Assembly: GCF_036387835.1 (NCBI RefSeq) | Contig: NZ_DASVSY010000065.1 | Span: forward strand, 12,322-76,321 | Reading direction: 5' to 3' | DNA length: 64,000 nt | DNA from: Hymenobacter sp. | Lineage (GTDB): Bacteria > Bacteroidota > Bacteroidia > Cytophagales > Hymenobacteraceae | Part shown: in pieces, positions 35,652-45,207 of the stretch | Position numbering within the stretch: the first letter of the stretch is position 1 | Layout of the letters: each line of letters starts with the position of its first letter | Translations under genes and position numbers: made by a program | Notes under the pieces: model-generated | Database searches by the model: none | What the model was told of the DNA's origin: nothing | The model's input: the letters and a program-made list of their open reading frames with translations, nothing else

Positions 35652-36764
35652 TTATCCGCTCTGAGCGGCGGAGCCTGGATGGCTCTCATGCAGGGTTACA
35701 CTGCCGAGCGGTAGGCCCCAAAAGTGGCAGTATTGTTCGGCTGCTTCAGTTACCTCTTGCTGCGTGACTTGGGTTTGCAGAAAGAAGTTGGCAGTAAAGT
35801 CAATAGAGCTCTTATTGATTTTCCGGCTCCATGTGCCTGCAATTTGCCCATCAACTACCACCATTGGCTTGAACACACCGTTTTGGCGAGGGCAGATTTT
35901 ATGTAAATACTCGGTGGCTACCACGGCACTACGGTCCTTGTATCCTAGGAAGTACTCATCGAAGCCGGGCAGTAAGTAAAGCCTGGCTATAGGCGAGGCA
36001 ATGGTGGGAGTTGCGGGCATCCACAGGGTTTTGCCGGCTGTTTTTTCTGCAGATAAGCTTGCATGTATGGCTTCTAGTCCTTGCCGGGCCTCCGCGACGG
36101 GTAGACCCAGCCAGCCGGCAAAGTCGTGCAGAGTGGCCGGCCCGTGGCTGGTAAAATAGCGGGCCGCAAGCTCGGCCAGTGATTCTTCCCTGGATAAATT
36201 GCGCGCATTAGGCACCCATTCTTCCAGCAACACGAACGTCTGCTCGGTTGCCTGCCGCGGGCCGAAGCACAAGAAACCTTCCAAGGCAAGGCTCCACAGC
36301 AAATGGTAGCCGCGCTGGCCGTTGGTGCGGATGCCGGCTTGCTCCAGCAACTGCATCAGCGCCGACCGGGTCAACGGCTGGCCGCCGTGCAGGGCCTCGT
36401 AGAAAAGCGCTTTGCTTTGGTTGATAACTCCTTGATCCAGCTCTAGCTGCTTGCGCCTTGTGCCTGCGGCAGCCAATAGCCGAGGACCGAAAAGCTTCAC
36501 CAGCCACATGGTGTCTTCGGCAGAGGCAAAGTGGATGGTGCCCCGCATGAGCCAAGTTAGCACGACGGTTTTATCGGCAACCGCCTGCTCAACCGCCAGG
36601 CGAGACGGGACTTGCGTGCGTAGTCCAACCGCCCACACCACCTGCCCGTAATCCTGCGCCTGCATAGCACCCATCCAGCGCACTACTGCCGCCGGATCAG
36701 CGCCCTTTTCCGCCCCAACCAGTTGATTTTGTATTCGTTGGCGAGCAATGGCTGCGTGTTCCAT
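35652..36764 (-). CDS. winged-helix DNA glycosylase-like protein (YcaQ/DUF1006 family)
   Basis: 370 aa. RQRIQNQ...VVRWMGAMQAQDY, LMRGTIHF and YLLPGFDEYFLGY are typical of the YcaQ crosslink-repair glycosylase family. Confidence 0.7.
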   Translation of the reverse strand: MEHAAIARQRIQNQLVGAEKGADPAAVVRWMGAMQAQDYGQVVWAVGLRTQVPSRLAVEQAVADKTVVLTWLMRGTIHFASAEDTMWLVKLFGPRLLAAAGTRRKQLELDQGVINQSKALFYEALHGGQPLTRSALMQLLEQAGIRTNGQRGYHLLWSLALEGFLCFGPRQATEQTFVLLEEWVPNARNLSREESLAELAARYFTSHGPATLHDFAGWLGLPVAEARQGLEAIHASLSAEKTAGKTLWMPATPTIASPIARLYLLPGFDEYFLGYKDRSAVVATEYLHKICPRQNGVFKPMVVVDGQIAGTWSRKINKSSIDFTANFFLQTQVTQQEVTEAAEQYCHFWGLPLGSVTLHESHPGSAAQSG

Positions 36765-37090
36765 ATTTGCCTTTTTAACGGTTCAGAGTGCAACTACTAA
36801 AAGTTAGACGGTTCAGTTATTCGCGGCTTGGCTTCCAGCTTTCATTTCCAGCAAAAATGCCTGCGTAGCGTACTCTTTGGCTTCGACTTGATACGGCCAA
36901 TCATGTGAAGTGCCCCTTGGCAGTGGCTTTGGGGCCAACAGAGCAATTTGTTTGCACTACAATTGAATATGAAAAACACCCTGCATCCCATCTTCTGATT
37001 CAACGCTGAATTAAAAACAAGGCTTAGAACTTCCTCCTGGCTCCTCTTTCTTTTCCGCCCCATTCGCTAATCTCTTTTGCTTCCCTCTCT

Positions 37091-37380
37091 ATGAAAGTTC
37101 TGCCTGCTCTCTTAGCCACTGCAATAGCACCCAAGTACCGTTGGCTTGGCCTGTTATTGCTAGTGATGCTTGGATTGCTATCAGGCTCAGTATCGGCTCA
37201 AGTTGCTTCGCTGTCAAAGGTATGGGTACCCGACCTGGGCAATGGCACCTACAAAAACCCTGTGCTCTACGCCCATTACTCCGACCCCGATGCCGTGCGG
37301 GGGCAACCTACCTGTCTCTTTGTGCACCTCGATGCGCCTGCACTCCCGCAGTATATACTTACAAAATGGGCTGCTTGTAA
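37091..37380 (+). pseudogene. 5' remnant of a GH43-type glycoside hydrolase gene
   Basis: A signal peptide is followed by VWVPDLGNGTYKNPVLYAHYSDPDAVR, the conserved N-terminal GH43 block (NPV..ADYSDPD.IR). Similarity then stops, possibly after a frameshift into ORF 37141-37380 (GATYLSL). The sequence runs into AT-rich non-coding DNA. Confidence 0.6.
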
Positions 37381-38746
37381 AAAACTATCGCCTTTCGTTG
37401 ATCATATGCGCTCAACGCGACAATAGAAAGGTAAGGATCATAAGAAATAACCTTGGAACATAGCAGCCGAGTTGAGAATATAGCCTACTTAATTTAATTT
37501 TTTTAAGATCAAAAAAGCTTTGGTCAACTACTGTCGGCCAGTTATTATAAAAATTTCAATGCAACAGTTCCCTGCCAATGTTAATATTGTTAATAATAAT
37601 ATTTATAAATAATCATGAAAAAGTTTTAATACCAAGCAGCATATGCAGCCACTTCCTCGCATATTATGACTCTTTTAAGTTAAAATAGAATTAAAATCAT
37701 TTGAAAATAGAATAAGTACATTATCTTCGTTTCAACAAATCTATCTACTCCAATGTGAATCGTGCCGTACGGGCGTAATGCCACGAAATCAATGTAGCCG
37801 AGTTTACATCGGTCAGCTCCTTTAGGACGCTGGATTTTAAGGTACGTCCCTACGGCATCGTAGGAGAGTGGACACGTATGCGGTTAAGTTCCCACAACTT
37901 TTAGCCTTCGGGCCTCTGCATTTCTTGGTGTGTCGTGTGTTCAGCTAGCTTCAACTGCCAAGTGTCCTGCCTACACGTAGGCTCTCTTGTACTATTAGGG
38001 CAGCTTCTACACTAGAACGGCACACTATCGTCTGCGAATGTTCAGCTCTGCCCTTCTGCTTTAGTAACATCGCTTTGGTCTTTAAACGGCTTTAGGATGT
38101 CTCTCCACGACCTCGCTATTAGGGTGCCTGCCTGCCCTTAGCAACACTTCTCAGCTTCCAACTCTTACATGCTTTTCCATGTATCGCTCAGGTTTTATTT
38201 CTGATTTACTGTCTTTCCCCGTTCCTCCATTCACGCGTGCTAATGCTTTGTGCCGTAGTCTTACTATGACTTCGACTACCTACAGAGGATGGCGCGTAGT
38301 TCTGTTTCCCATTCGTTACCGCTTAGACATCAATGTTTTGCGTCACAGCGGGTACCGGTTGGCCACTCAGTCTTATGATAGCGTGGTGAGCTGTGGTTGT
38401 AATGCGCGTTGGTTTAATGCTACAACCCGACAGTTGTCTGCCATTTGCCACGCAGCCAGTGCTTGGGGAGGGAAACAAGCAGAACGTTTTGTTGCGCACA
38501 CAAGATTTACTGCCCGGTGGTAAAGTAGGTGTGATAGTCCTTCTATGGCTGGTTACCTAATCTCACACATCCTTCTAAAGTAGCATACGCCAGCCTGGTG
38601 CTAATTTGCCTGTAGTGCTTCGTTGAAGATTTACTGTTCCGTAATTGCCCATTTATGCAATAGGTCGGTGGTGGATATACTATATGGCAGCTCGTCCCCT
38701 GCTAGCATTCATTCAACATAACTGTAGCACTTTATCATCAGATTGA

Positions 38747-38788
38747 CAGCCTGTAACCGGCGCCGTTTAGGTCGCCGGTTACAGGCTG
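38747..38788. terminator. 16-bp-stem hairpin
   Basis: CAGCCTGTAACCGGCG CCGTTTAGGT CGCCGGTTACAGGCTG. It sits 50 nt beyond the stop of minus-strand ORF 38838-39110 and at the right edge of the ORF-free block. Confidence 0.45.
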
Positions 38789-38837
38789 CTCTGTTGGGTA
38801 GCGGCTCTATTTCGTTTCTGAAATTAGTGTGGACTGG

Positions 38838-39077
38838 CTAGTGTAATTTTTGAAGGCACAAGTCGCTGAACGCTTGGCAGCACTCATTCTCTAGGCTGAC
38901 GGCGTAGCCCCCGAACTCGGGTAGCAAGTGAATGTAAGGTCGCGTGCCGTGGACTGGACACTGAACTTCCCGCAGTTTATTTTTGATTTGAACTACATAG
39001 TAAGCCTCCGCCTTTTTATCAGACTTGAGCAGGCCTGTATCAATCCCGACGGTTCGCTGGATAGAAACTCGGAGCAT
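38838..39077 (-). CDS. hypothetical small protein (doubtful)
   Basis: The ATG is at 39077 (the track start at 39110 is GTG). It has lower GC than its surroundings and matches no family I recognise. Confidence 0.25.
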   Translation of the reverse strand: MLRVSIQRTVGIDTGLLKSDKKAEAYYVVQIKNKLREVQCPVHGTRPYIHLLPEFGGYAVSLENECCQAFSDLCLQKLH

Positions 39078-39451
39078 AGCAACTAGAAAACTAAGAAGAT
39101 TACAAGCCACTAAACTAGCGCTATTGCTTGTTAACCCTTGCTTGGTCGCTCCTGCTTTCGTTGAATGCCGCTTCAGGCGTAGTGTAAGCTGCCTCTGTCC
39201 AATTGAATGATTGCCTTCAAGCTAAGAGGCCATTCGAGCTATTCCGGAAAAATGCAAAATTACTTGCGCATAATGCTAGCCGTATATCTTTAACTTACTG
39301 CCTAGTTTGCATCAGCAAACCGACAGCCCAAGGTAGCACTTAGCTGCTTAAGTCTCGTCGGGTACTCATAGCTAGTTGTTTCGCACCAGCCACACCAGTT
39401 TCGTGCTGACAAAAGAGTTTGTCTATCTGTCTGAATGCTTTACAGCTTCAT

Positions 39452-41704
39452 TTACAATAGCTTATCGGGGGTAATGGGTAAGCTGCGCACGCGCCGGCCT
39501 GTGGCATGATACACAGCGTTGGCTACGGCAGCGGCGGCGCCGGTCATGGCTATTTCGCCGGCTCCGTGGGCTCCCATAGGCGTGTGGGGGTCGGGGATGT
39601 TGAGAGCGTACGCTTCAATGGACGGCAGACCCGCCGCAACGGGTACGTGGTATTCGCTCAGGCTAGCGTTGGGAATACGGCCGTCGCGTAGGTCCCAGGC
39701 CGTATCCTCCCACAAGGCCATGCCGATACCCATGGTGATAGAGCCAAGAAACTGCGAGCGGGCGGTTTTGGGATTGAGGATGCGACCACAGTCGTACACG
39801 CCCACCCAGCGCGTAACCTGCACTTCACCGGTATCTTGGTGCACGCGCACTTCACAAAACTGCGCCCCAAACGACTGAAACGAGTAGGCTGCTTGGGTTA
39901 GCTTATCGTACCAGCCCGCGGGTGTCTGGCCACTGGCTTCGAGGCTGCTGCGACCGTGGCGAGCTAGTAGGGCAACGTAGTTTTCACCCTGAGTGGGCTG
40001 GCTTTTCAGGAATAAGCCACCCGCGCGGGCCTCAACTTCGGCCGAAGTGGCGTAGCGCAGAGGGGAGCCTTTGCCTTTCTGCGCCAGAGTAAGCACTTGG
40101 CGCTTGAGTGCTTCGCACGCTTCGGTCACGGCTGCGCCCACCGTCGCGGTGGTGGTAGAGCCATAGCTGCCGCTGGCTTTGGGCAGGTGCGTATCGCCGT
40201 ACTCGAAGCGGACGTGCGTCATGGGCAGGCCTAGCTGCTCAGCCGCATACTGCGTCATGATGGTAGAGGTGCCGTTGCCCATTTCGTGGGTACCGCACTG
40301 CACTACCGCCGTGCCATCGGCGCTAAGGATAATCTTAACTTCCGACCGGCGCTTGTTGGCCGGGTAGTAGGCGCTGGCCGTGCCCCAACCAATCAGCCAT
40401 TCGCCGTCGCGCATCGAGCGGGGCTGCGGGTTGCGCTGCTGCCAGTTGAACTTCTCGGCCCCTAGCTCGAAGCATTCCTTTAGATGCCGACTAGAAAACG
40501 GGACTCGCTCGGTGGGGTCAACGGCCGTGTCGTTGCGCAGGCGCAGCGCCACGGGGTCCATGCCGAGGGTGTAGGCCAGCTCGTCCATGGCGGCTTCCAG
40601 CGTATTCATGCCCAGGGCGTCGCCGGGGGCGCGCATGAAGGTGTTGGGCACCATGTCGAGGCGCACGAGCTGCTGCTGAATCAGTAGGTTGGGGCAGGCG
40701 TAGAGGTGGCGGGCCGGAAAGGAGAAATGCTCGGGAAAAGTGTTTTTGGTGGAGCTGGCCGTGATGCCGGTGTGGATAAGGGCCGTGAGCTTACCGGTGG
40801 CGTCGGCGCCCAAGGCGACGCGCTGCTCACTCGGCGTGCGGCCGCCGACCATGTAAAACATGTCTCTGCGCGGTAAGTCCACCTTCACTGGTTGCCCCAC
40901 CACTTTGGCCGCCATGGCCGTTAGGGCCACGTGCGGCCAGGCGCGGCCCTTGCTACCGAAGGCCCCACCCACAAAAACTGAAATCACCCGCACGTTGTCG
41001 GGAGGCAGTTGAAACATTTCGGCCAGCATCTTTTGCCCGCCGGTGATGTACTGGCTGGAATCGTACACGGTCAGGTGCTCGCCTTCCCAATACGCCAGCG
41101 TGTTGTGGGCTTCAATGGGGTTGTGGTTGTAGGGCGGGGTGTGGTAGGTGCAGTCCACCTTGTAAGGAGCCGCGGCCAGAGCTGCTTCGGCGTCGCCTTT
41201 CCGTACTTCCGGCTTTTCACCCATCACCTTTTTCGGCACGAAAGCGTGGGGCTTTTCTGCTGGCAGCGACAAACGGGCGGGTCCGCCGGGGGCGTAGCTG
41301 ACTTGCAGCCGCGCCCCCGCTTCCTGTGCCTGATCCAGCGTTTCGGCTATTACCATGGCCACCGGCTGCCCGTGCCAGAACACCTCATCGGTGTTAAGGG
41401 CCACCAGCGTAGTGGGGGCCGCGCTAGGCTCGGGCTTGCTTGGGTCGAACTCATCGGGCTGCTTCAGCCGGGGCGCGTTTTCGTGGGTGAGCACGGCCAG
41501 CACGCCGGGGTACAGCGCAACTTCCTGCGTGTTGATGTGCGTGATACGGCCCCGGGCAATAGTGCTGCGCACCAGCACGCCGTGGGTGACGTGCGGCACC
41601 GGTATTTCGGCGGTGTAGCGGGCCTGGCCGGTCACTTTAAGGGCTCCATCGACCCGGTTTAGCGGCTGACCGACCAGATGGGAATTGCTTGTTTCCACAC
41701 GCAT
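39452..41704 (-). CDS. xanthine dehydrogenase family molybdopterin-binding subunit, paralogue B
   Basis: 750 aa. LNRVDGALKVTGQARYTAE, GGAFGSKG, FMRAPG and GAGEIAMTGAAAAVANAVYHATG are aldehyde-oxidase/XDH large-subunit signatures. Confidence 0.9.
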   Translation of the reverse strand: MRVETSNSHLVGQPLNRVDGALKVTGQARYTAEIPVPHVTHGVLVRSTIARGRITHINTQEVALYPGVLAVLTHENAPRLKQPDEFDPSKPEPSAAPTTLVALNTDEVFWHGQPVAMVIAETLDQAQEAGARLQVSYAPGGPARLSLPAEKPHAFVPKKVMGEKPEVRKGDAEAALAAAPYKVDCTYHTPPYNHNPIEAHNTLAYWEGEHLTVYDSSQYITGGQKMLAEMFQLPPDNVRVISVFVGGAFGSKGRAWPHVALTAMAAKVVGQPVKVDLPRRDMFYMVGGRTPSEQRVALGADATGKLTALIHTGITASSTKNTFPEHFSFPARHLYACPNLLIQQQLVRLDMVPNTFMRAPGDALGMNTLEAAMDELAYTLGMDPVALRLRNDTAVDPTERVPFSSRHLKECFELGAEKFNWQQRNPQPRSMRDGEWLIGWGTASAYYPANKRRSEVKIILSADGTAVVQCGTHEMGNGTSTIMTQYAAEQLGLPMTHVRFEYGDTHLPKASGSYGSTTTATVGAAVTEACEALKRQVLTLAQKGKGSPLRYATSAEVEARAGGLFLKSQPTQGENYVALLARHGRSSLEASGQTPAGWYDKLTQAAYSFQSFGAQFCEVRVHQDTGEVQVTRWVGVYDCGRILNPKTARSQFLGSITMGIGMALWEDTAWDLRDGRIPNASLSEYHVPVAAGLPSIEAYALNIPDPHTPMGAHGAGEIAMTGAAAAVANAVYHATGRRVRSLPITPDKLL

Positions 41705-41769
41705 AATAGAAGAGAAATGACTAGGATAGAAAGCGCGCCGCTAGGTTGTTGAGACACAGCCCTTAGCTG

Positions 41770-41886
41770 CGCCGACCTTCGGTTCGCGTGTCGGCGTTGC
41801 TGACGTTGTGTAGACAGGTGCCAACGTGTTTATATAGGGGCAGCCCGGGTTGTTCGATGTAGAGACGCGATACTTCGCGTCTCTAC
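41770..41886 (-). repeat. MITE/REP-like element, degenerate copy in inverted orientation
   Basis: It contains GTAGAGACGCGATACTTCGCGTCTCTAC (41859-41886) and CGGCGTTGCTGACGTTGT (41792-41809). The latter is the reverse complement of the ACAACGTCAGCAACGCCG core seen at 46986-47003. The second terminal hairpin is replaced by GCCGACCTTCGGTTCGCGTGTCGGC. Confidence 0.65.
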
Positions 41887-41962
41887 AAACTGCTAAGGCA
41901 ATGAAGCAAGTAAAAAGCATTTACCATCAGCAAGGTCCGCTGCTTCAGTGTGACCATTCCAT

Positions 41963-44218
41963 TTACAGCAGCTTGTCAGGCGTGATGGGTAAACTGCGGA
42001 TGCGCTTGCCGGTGGCGTGATAGATGGCGTTGGCAATGGCGGCTGGTGTGCCGGTCACGCCAATTTCGCCGATGCCGTGGGCGCCAAGGGGCGTGGCCGG
42101 GTCGGGAATGTCGAGGTAGTGTACTTCGATGGGTGGCAGGCCGGCGGCTACGGGCACGTGGTACTCGCTCAGACTGGCATTGGGGATGCGGCCGGTGTGT
42201 AAGTCCCAGTGGGTTTCCTCCCACAGCGCCATGCCAATGCCCATGGTGATGCCGCCCAAAAACTGCGAGCGGGCGGTTTTGGGATTGAGGATGGTGCCGC
42301 AATCGAACACCCCGACCCAACGCGTAACCTGTACTTCGCCTGAATCGGCATGCACACGCACCTCGCAGAACTGCGCCCCGTACGAGCCTGTTGACACGAT
42401 TTTGTGGTTGCGGAGCTCCTTGAGCTGCGGCTTGGAGTCGCCTTCGCCCTCCATTACCACGCCGGGGTGGCGGGCCAGAATGGCGGCGTAGGTTTCGCCT
42501 TGCAGCGGGTTGGCCAGCAGCCACAGGCCGTTTTTGCGGGCGGCTACTTCGTCGTAGGCCGCCCCGCGCAAAGGAGAGTTCTTGTCTTTCTGCGCGAGCT
42601 TGAGCAGTTGCTTTTTAACGTCTTCGCAGGCCAGCGTAACGGCTGCGGCCACCGTGATGGTGGTGGCAGAGCCGCCCGTGACGGGCGTTTCCGGTAGGAA
42701 GGTGTCGCCGTACTCGAAGCGGACTTTCTCGGTGCGCAAACCCAATTGGTCGGCGGCGTGCTGCGCCTGCACGGTGGCCGTGCCCATGCCCATTTCGTGG
42801 GTGCCAGACTGCACCACAGCCGAGCCATCAGGGAAAAGCAGCACTTTGGCTTTGGCGGGGCGTTGGAGCACGTGGTAAGTAGCGGTGGCCACGCCTTGCC
42901 CAATCAGCCACTCGCCCTCGCGGCGCCGGCCGGGCCGTGGGTCGCGCTGGTCCCAGCCGAATTTTTCGGCGCCCAACTCGTAGGCGGCTTTCAGGTTGCG
43001 GTTGGTGAAGGTGATGTGCTTGGTGGGGTCCTTGGCCGGCTCGTTGGCAAAGCGCAGCGCCACCGGGTCCATGCGCAGCTGATAAGCCAACTCATCCAGC
43101 GCCGACTCCAGCGCAAACGAGCCCACCGAAAAGCCGGGCGCCCGCATAAAAGTATTGGGCACCATATTCAACTCGGTGTACCACTGCTCGATCCAGAAAG
43201 CCGGCATGTCATAGAGCATGCGCACCGGCAGCGTGAGCTCCTCAGGGTACATGTTGCTGTCGGAGCAGGCCGTGTAGCCGGTGTGGATGATGCTGGTGAG
43301 CTTGCCGTCGGTGTCGGCACCAATGGCCACGCGCTGTTCGGTCATCGACCGGCCGCCTACCATGTAAAACAGGTCTTTGCGCGGCAGCTCGATCTTCACG
43401 GGCCGCCCCACCACCTTGGCCGCGGCGGCCGTCAGCCACACGTGGGGCCAGGCATTGCCTTTGCTGCCAAAGCCCCCGCCCACAAACGGCGACAACACCC
43501 GCACGTTGTCGGGCTTCAGACTGAACTTCTCGGCCATCAAGCGCTTGATACCGTGGATGAACTGCGTGGAGTCGTAGACGGTGAGGTGCTCGTCGTCGTT
43601 CCAGTAAGCCAGCGTGGTATGCGGCTCGATGGCGTTGGCATTCATGGCCGGCGTGGTGTACAGCTGGTCGACCTGGTAGGGGGCGGCGGCCACGGCGGCT
43701 TCCGCGTCGCCTTGCTTTTCCTTGGGCTTCTCACCCGACACATCAGGAGGCTTTTTGGCATTGGGCTTCTCTTCCTCCATCGACAGCACCGGCGCCTTCA
43801 CATCGGTATACTCCACCCGAATAAGGTTGGCGGCTTCCTGCGCCTGATCTTGGGTTTCGGCTACCACCAGGGCCACCGGCTGCCCAAACCAGTGAATGTC
43901 TTTGATGTTGAGAATGCGCAGCTCGGTGCCGGCGGCGCTCGGGCTTTGCTCGCCGGGGTTGAACGCCTTGCTTTTCTTCATCCGGGGCGCGTTTTTGTGG
44001 GTGAGTACGGCCAGCACGCCGGGCGCTTGCTCGGCCGCCTTGGTATCGATGCGCTTGATGCGGCCCCTGGCAATGGTACTGCCCACCAAGTAGCCATGAA
44101 CGGTGTCGATAACCGGAAATTCGGCGGTGTAGCGGGCCTGGCCGGTCACTTTCAGCGGGCCATCGACCCGGTTGAGGGAGCGGCCCACTTCGCGGGTACT
44201 CATGGTTTTGAAAGTCAT
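41963..44218 (-). CDS. xanthine dehydrogenase family molybdopterin-binding subunit, paralogue A
   Basis: 751 aa, collinear with 39452-41704 and with very similar N- and C-termini. Its start overlaps the upstream stop in ATGA. Confidence 0.9.
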   Translation of the reverse strand: MTFKTMSTREVGRSLNRVDGPLKVTGQARYTAEFPVIDTVHGYLVGSTIARGRIKRIDTKAAEQAPGVLAVLTHKNAPRMKKSKAFNPGEQSPSAAGTELRILNIKDIHWFGQPVALVVAETQDQAQEAANLIRVEYTDVKAPVLSMEEEKPNAKKPPDVSGEKPKEKQGDAEAAVAAAPYQVDQLYTTPAMNANAIEPHTTLAYWNDDEHLTVYDSTQFIHGIKRLMAEKFSLKPDNVRVLSPFVGGGFGSKGNAWPHVWLTAAAAKVVGRPVKIELPRKDLFYMVGGRSMTEQRVAIGADTDGKLTSIIHTGYTACSDSNMYPEELTLPVRMLYDMPAFWIEQWYTELNMVPNTFMRAPGFSVGSFALESALDELAYQLRMDPVALRFANEPAKDPTKHITFTNRNLKAAYELGAEKFGWDQRDPRPGRRREGEWLIGQGVATATYHVLQRPAKAKVLLFPDGSAVVQSGTHEMGMGTATVQAQHAADQLGLRTEKVRFEYGDTFLPETPVTGGSATTITVAAAVTLACEDVKKQLLKLAQKDKNSPLRGAAYDEVAARKNGLWLLANPLQGETYAAILARHPGVVMEGEGDSKPQLKELRNHKIVSTGSYGAQFCEVRVHADSGEVQVTRWVGVFDCGTILNPKTARSQFLGGITMGIGMALWEETHWDLHTGRIPNASLSEYHVPVAAGLPPIEVHYLDIPDPATPLGAHGIGEIGVTGTPAAIANAIYHATGKRIRSLPITPDKLL

Positions 44219-45207
44219 GCGAAGCTGCGTTCGGTCAGGGTGGTAAGGGCCCGCACCAGCGTACGGGTGGCCAACTCGATCTTAAAGGTGTTGTGCTCGA
44301 AGCCAACGGCGGCCTGAAGCTCCGCTTCGGCAGCCCGCCGGAACAGCTCGGGCGTGGCCGGCGCGCCGGTCAGTATTTCTTCGGCCCGGTGCGCCCGCCA
44401 AGGCTTGTGCGCTACCCCACCCAGCGCCAGCCGGACGTTCTGAATGCGGCTGTCGGCCAGTTCCAGGGCGCCTGCCACCGACACCAGCGCAAAGGCAAAG
44501 CTCGGCCGGTCGCGCACTTTGAGGTACAGCGAGTTGCGTACCCAGGGTAGGGCCGGCAGGTCGATGGCCGTAATCAGGTCTTCGTGGCTCAGGTTGGTGT
44601 CGCGCTCGGGCGTGTCGCCGGGCAGGCGATGAAACTCGCTCATCGGAATGCTGCGTGCGCCGTTGGGTCCCTGCACCTGCACCACTGCGTCGAGGGCGGC
44701 CAGGGCCACGGCCATATCAGACGGATGAGTGGCAATGCACTGCGGACTAGTGCCCAAAACGGCGTGCAGGCGGTTGTAGCCGTCAAGCGCGCCGCAGCCC
44801 GAGCCGGGTTGCCGCTTGTTGCAGGGCGCGGTGGTATCGTAGAAATAGTAGCAGCGGGTACGTTGCAGCAGGTTGCCGGCGTTGGTAGCCATGTTGCGCA
44901 GCTGCGGCGAGGCGGCACTCAGCAGCGCCTGCGCCAGCACCGGGTACCGCTCGCGCACCAGAGGGTGGTTGGCCGTGTGGCTGTTGCGGGCCAGGGCCCC
45001 CAGGCGTAAGCCGCCATCGGGCAGCTCCTTTATTTCAGCGAAAGGCAGGCCGTTGATGTCCACCACTTCGTTGGGCCGCTCCACGTTCTCGCGCATCAAG
45101 TCAACCAGATTGGTGCCGCCGCCAATGAACTTGGCTTCCGCGTTGTGGGCTACCGCCCCGAGGGCCGTGTCGGCGTCGGTGGCGCGGGTGTAGATAAAGC
45201 CTCTCAT
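44215..45207 (-). CDS. xanthine dehydrogenase family FAD-binding subunit M
   Basis: 330 aa. FIGGGTNLVDLM and the CO-dehydrogenase flavoprotein-type C-terminus. ATGA overlaps occur at both ends. Confidence 0.85.
   Translation of the reverse strand: MRGFIYTRATDADTALGAVAHNAEAKFIGGGTNLVDLMRENVERPNEVVDINGLPFAEIKELPDGGLRLGALARNSHTANHPLVRERYPVLAQALLSAASPQLRNMATNAGNLLQRTRCYYFYDTTAPCNKRQPGSGCGALDGYNRLHAVLGTSPQCIATHPSDMAVALAALDAVVQVQGPNGARSIPMSEFHRLPGDTPERDTNLSHEDLITAIDLPALPWVRNSLYLKVRDRPSFAFALVSVAGALELADSRIQNVRLALGGVAHKPWRAHRAEEILTGAPATPELFRRAAEAELQAAVGFEHNTFKIELATRTLVRALTTLTERSFA

Noticed and set aside
38179-38523. 114-aa ORF in the ORF-poor block
   Set aside because: The Arg/Ser/Cys/Thr-rich translation has no hydrophobic core pattern or known motif, and no convincing start context. 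It is probably a chance ORF.
37750-38750. Known structured RNAs (tmRNA, RNase P, group II intron domain V, tRNA) in the ORF-free block
   Set aside because: I found none of the hallmark strings by eye: GGGGCTGA...TCCACCA ends, GAGGAAAGTCC, a domain V consensus, or a GTTCGAATC-type T-loop. The region is kept only as an unclassified candidate.
42746-44317. 523-aa plus-strand ORF antisense to the Mo-subunit and FAD-subunit genes
   Set aside because: This is the same antisense artefact. It spans a gene boundary on the other strand and has no recognisable domain.
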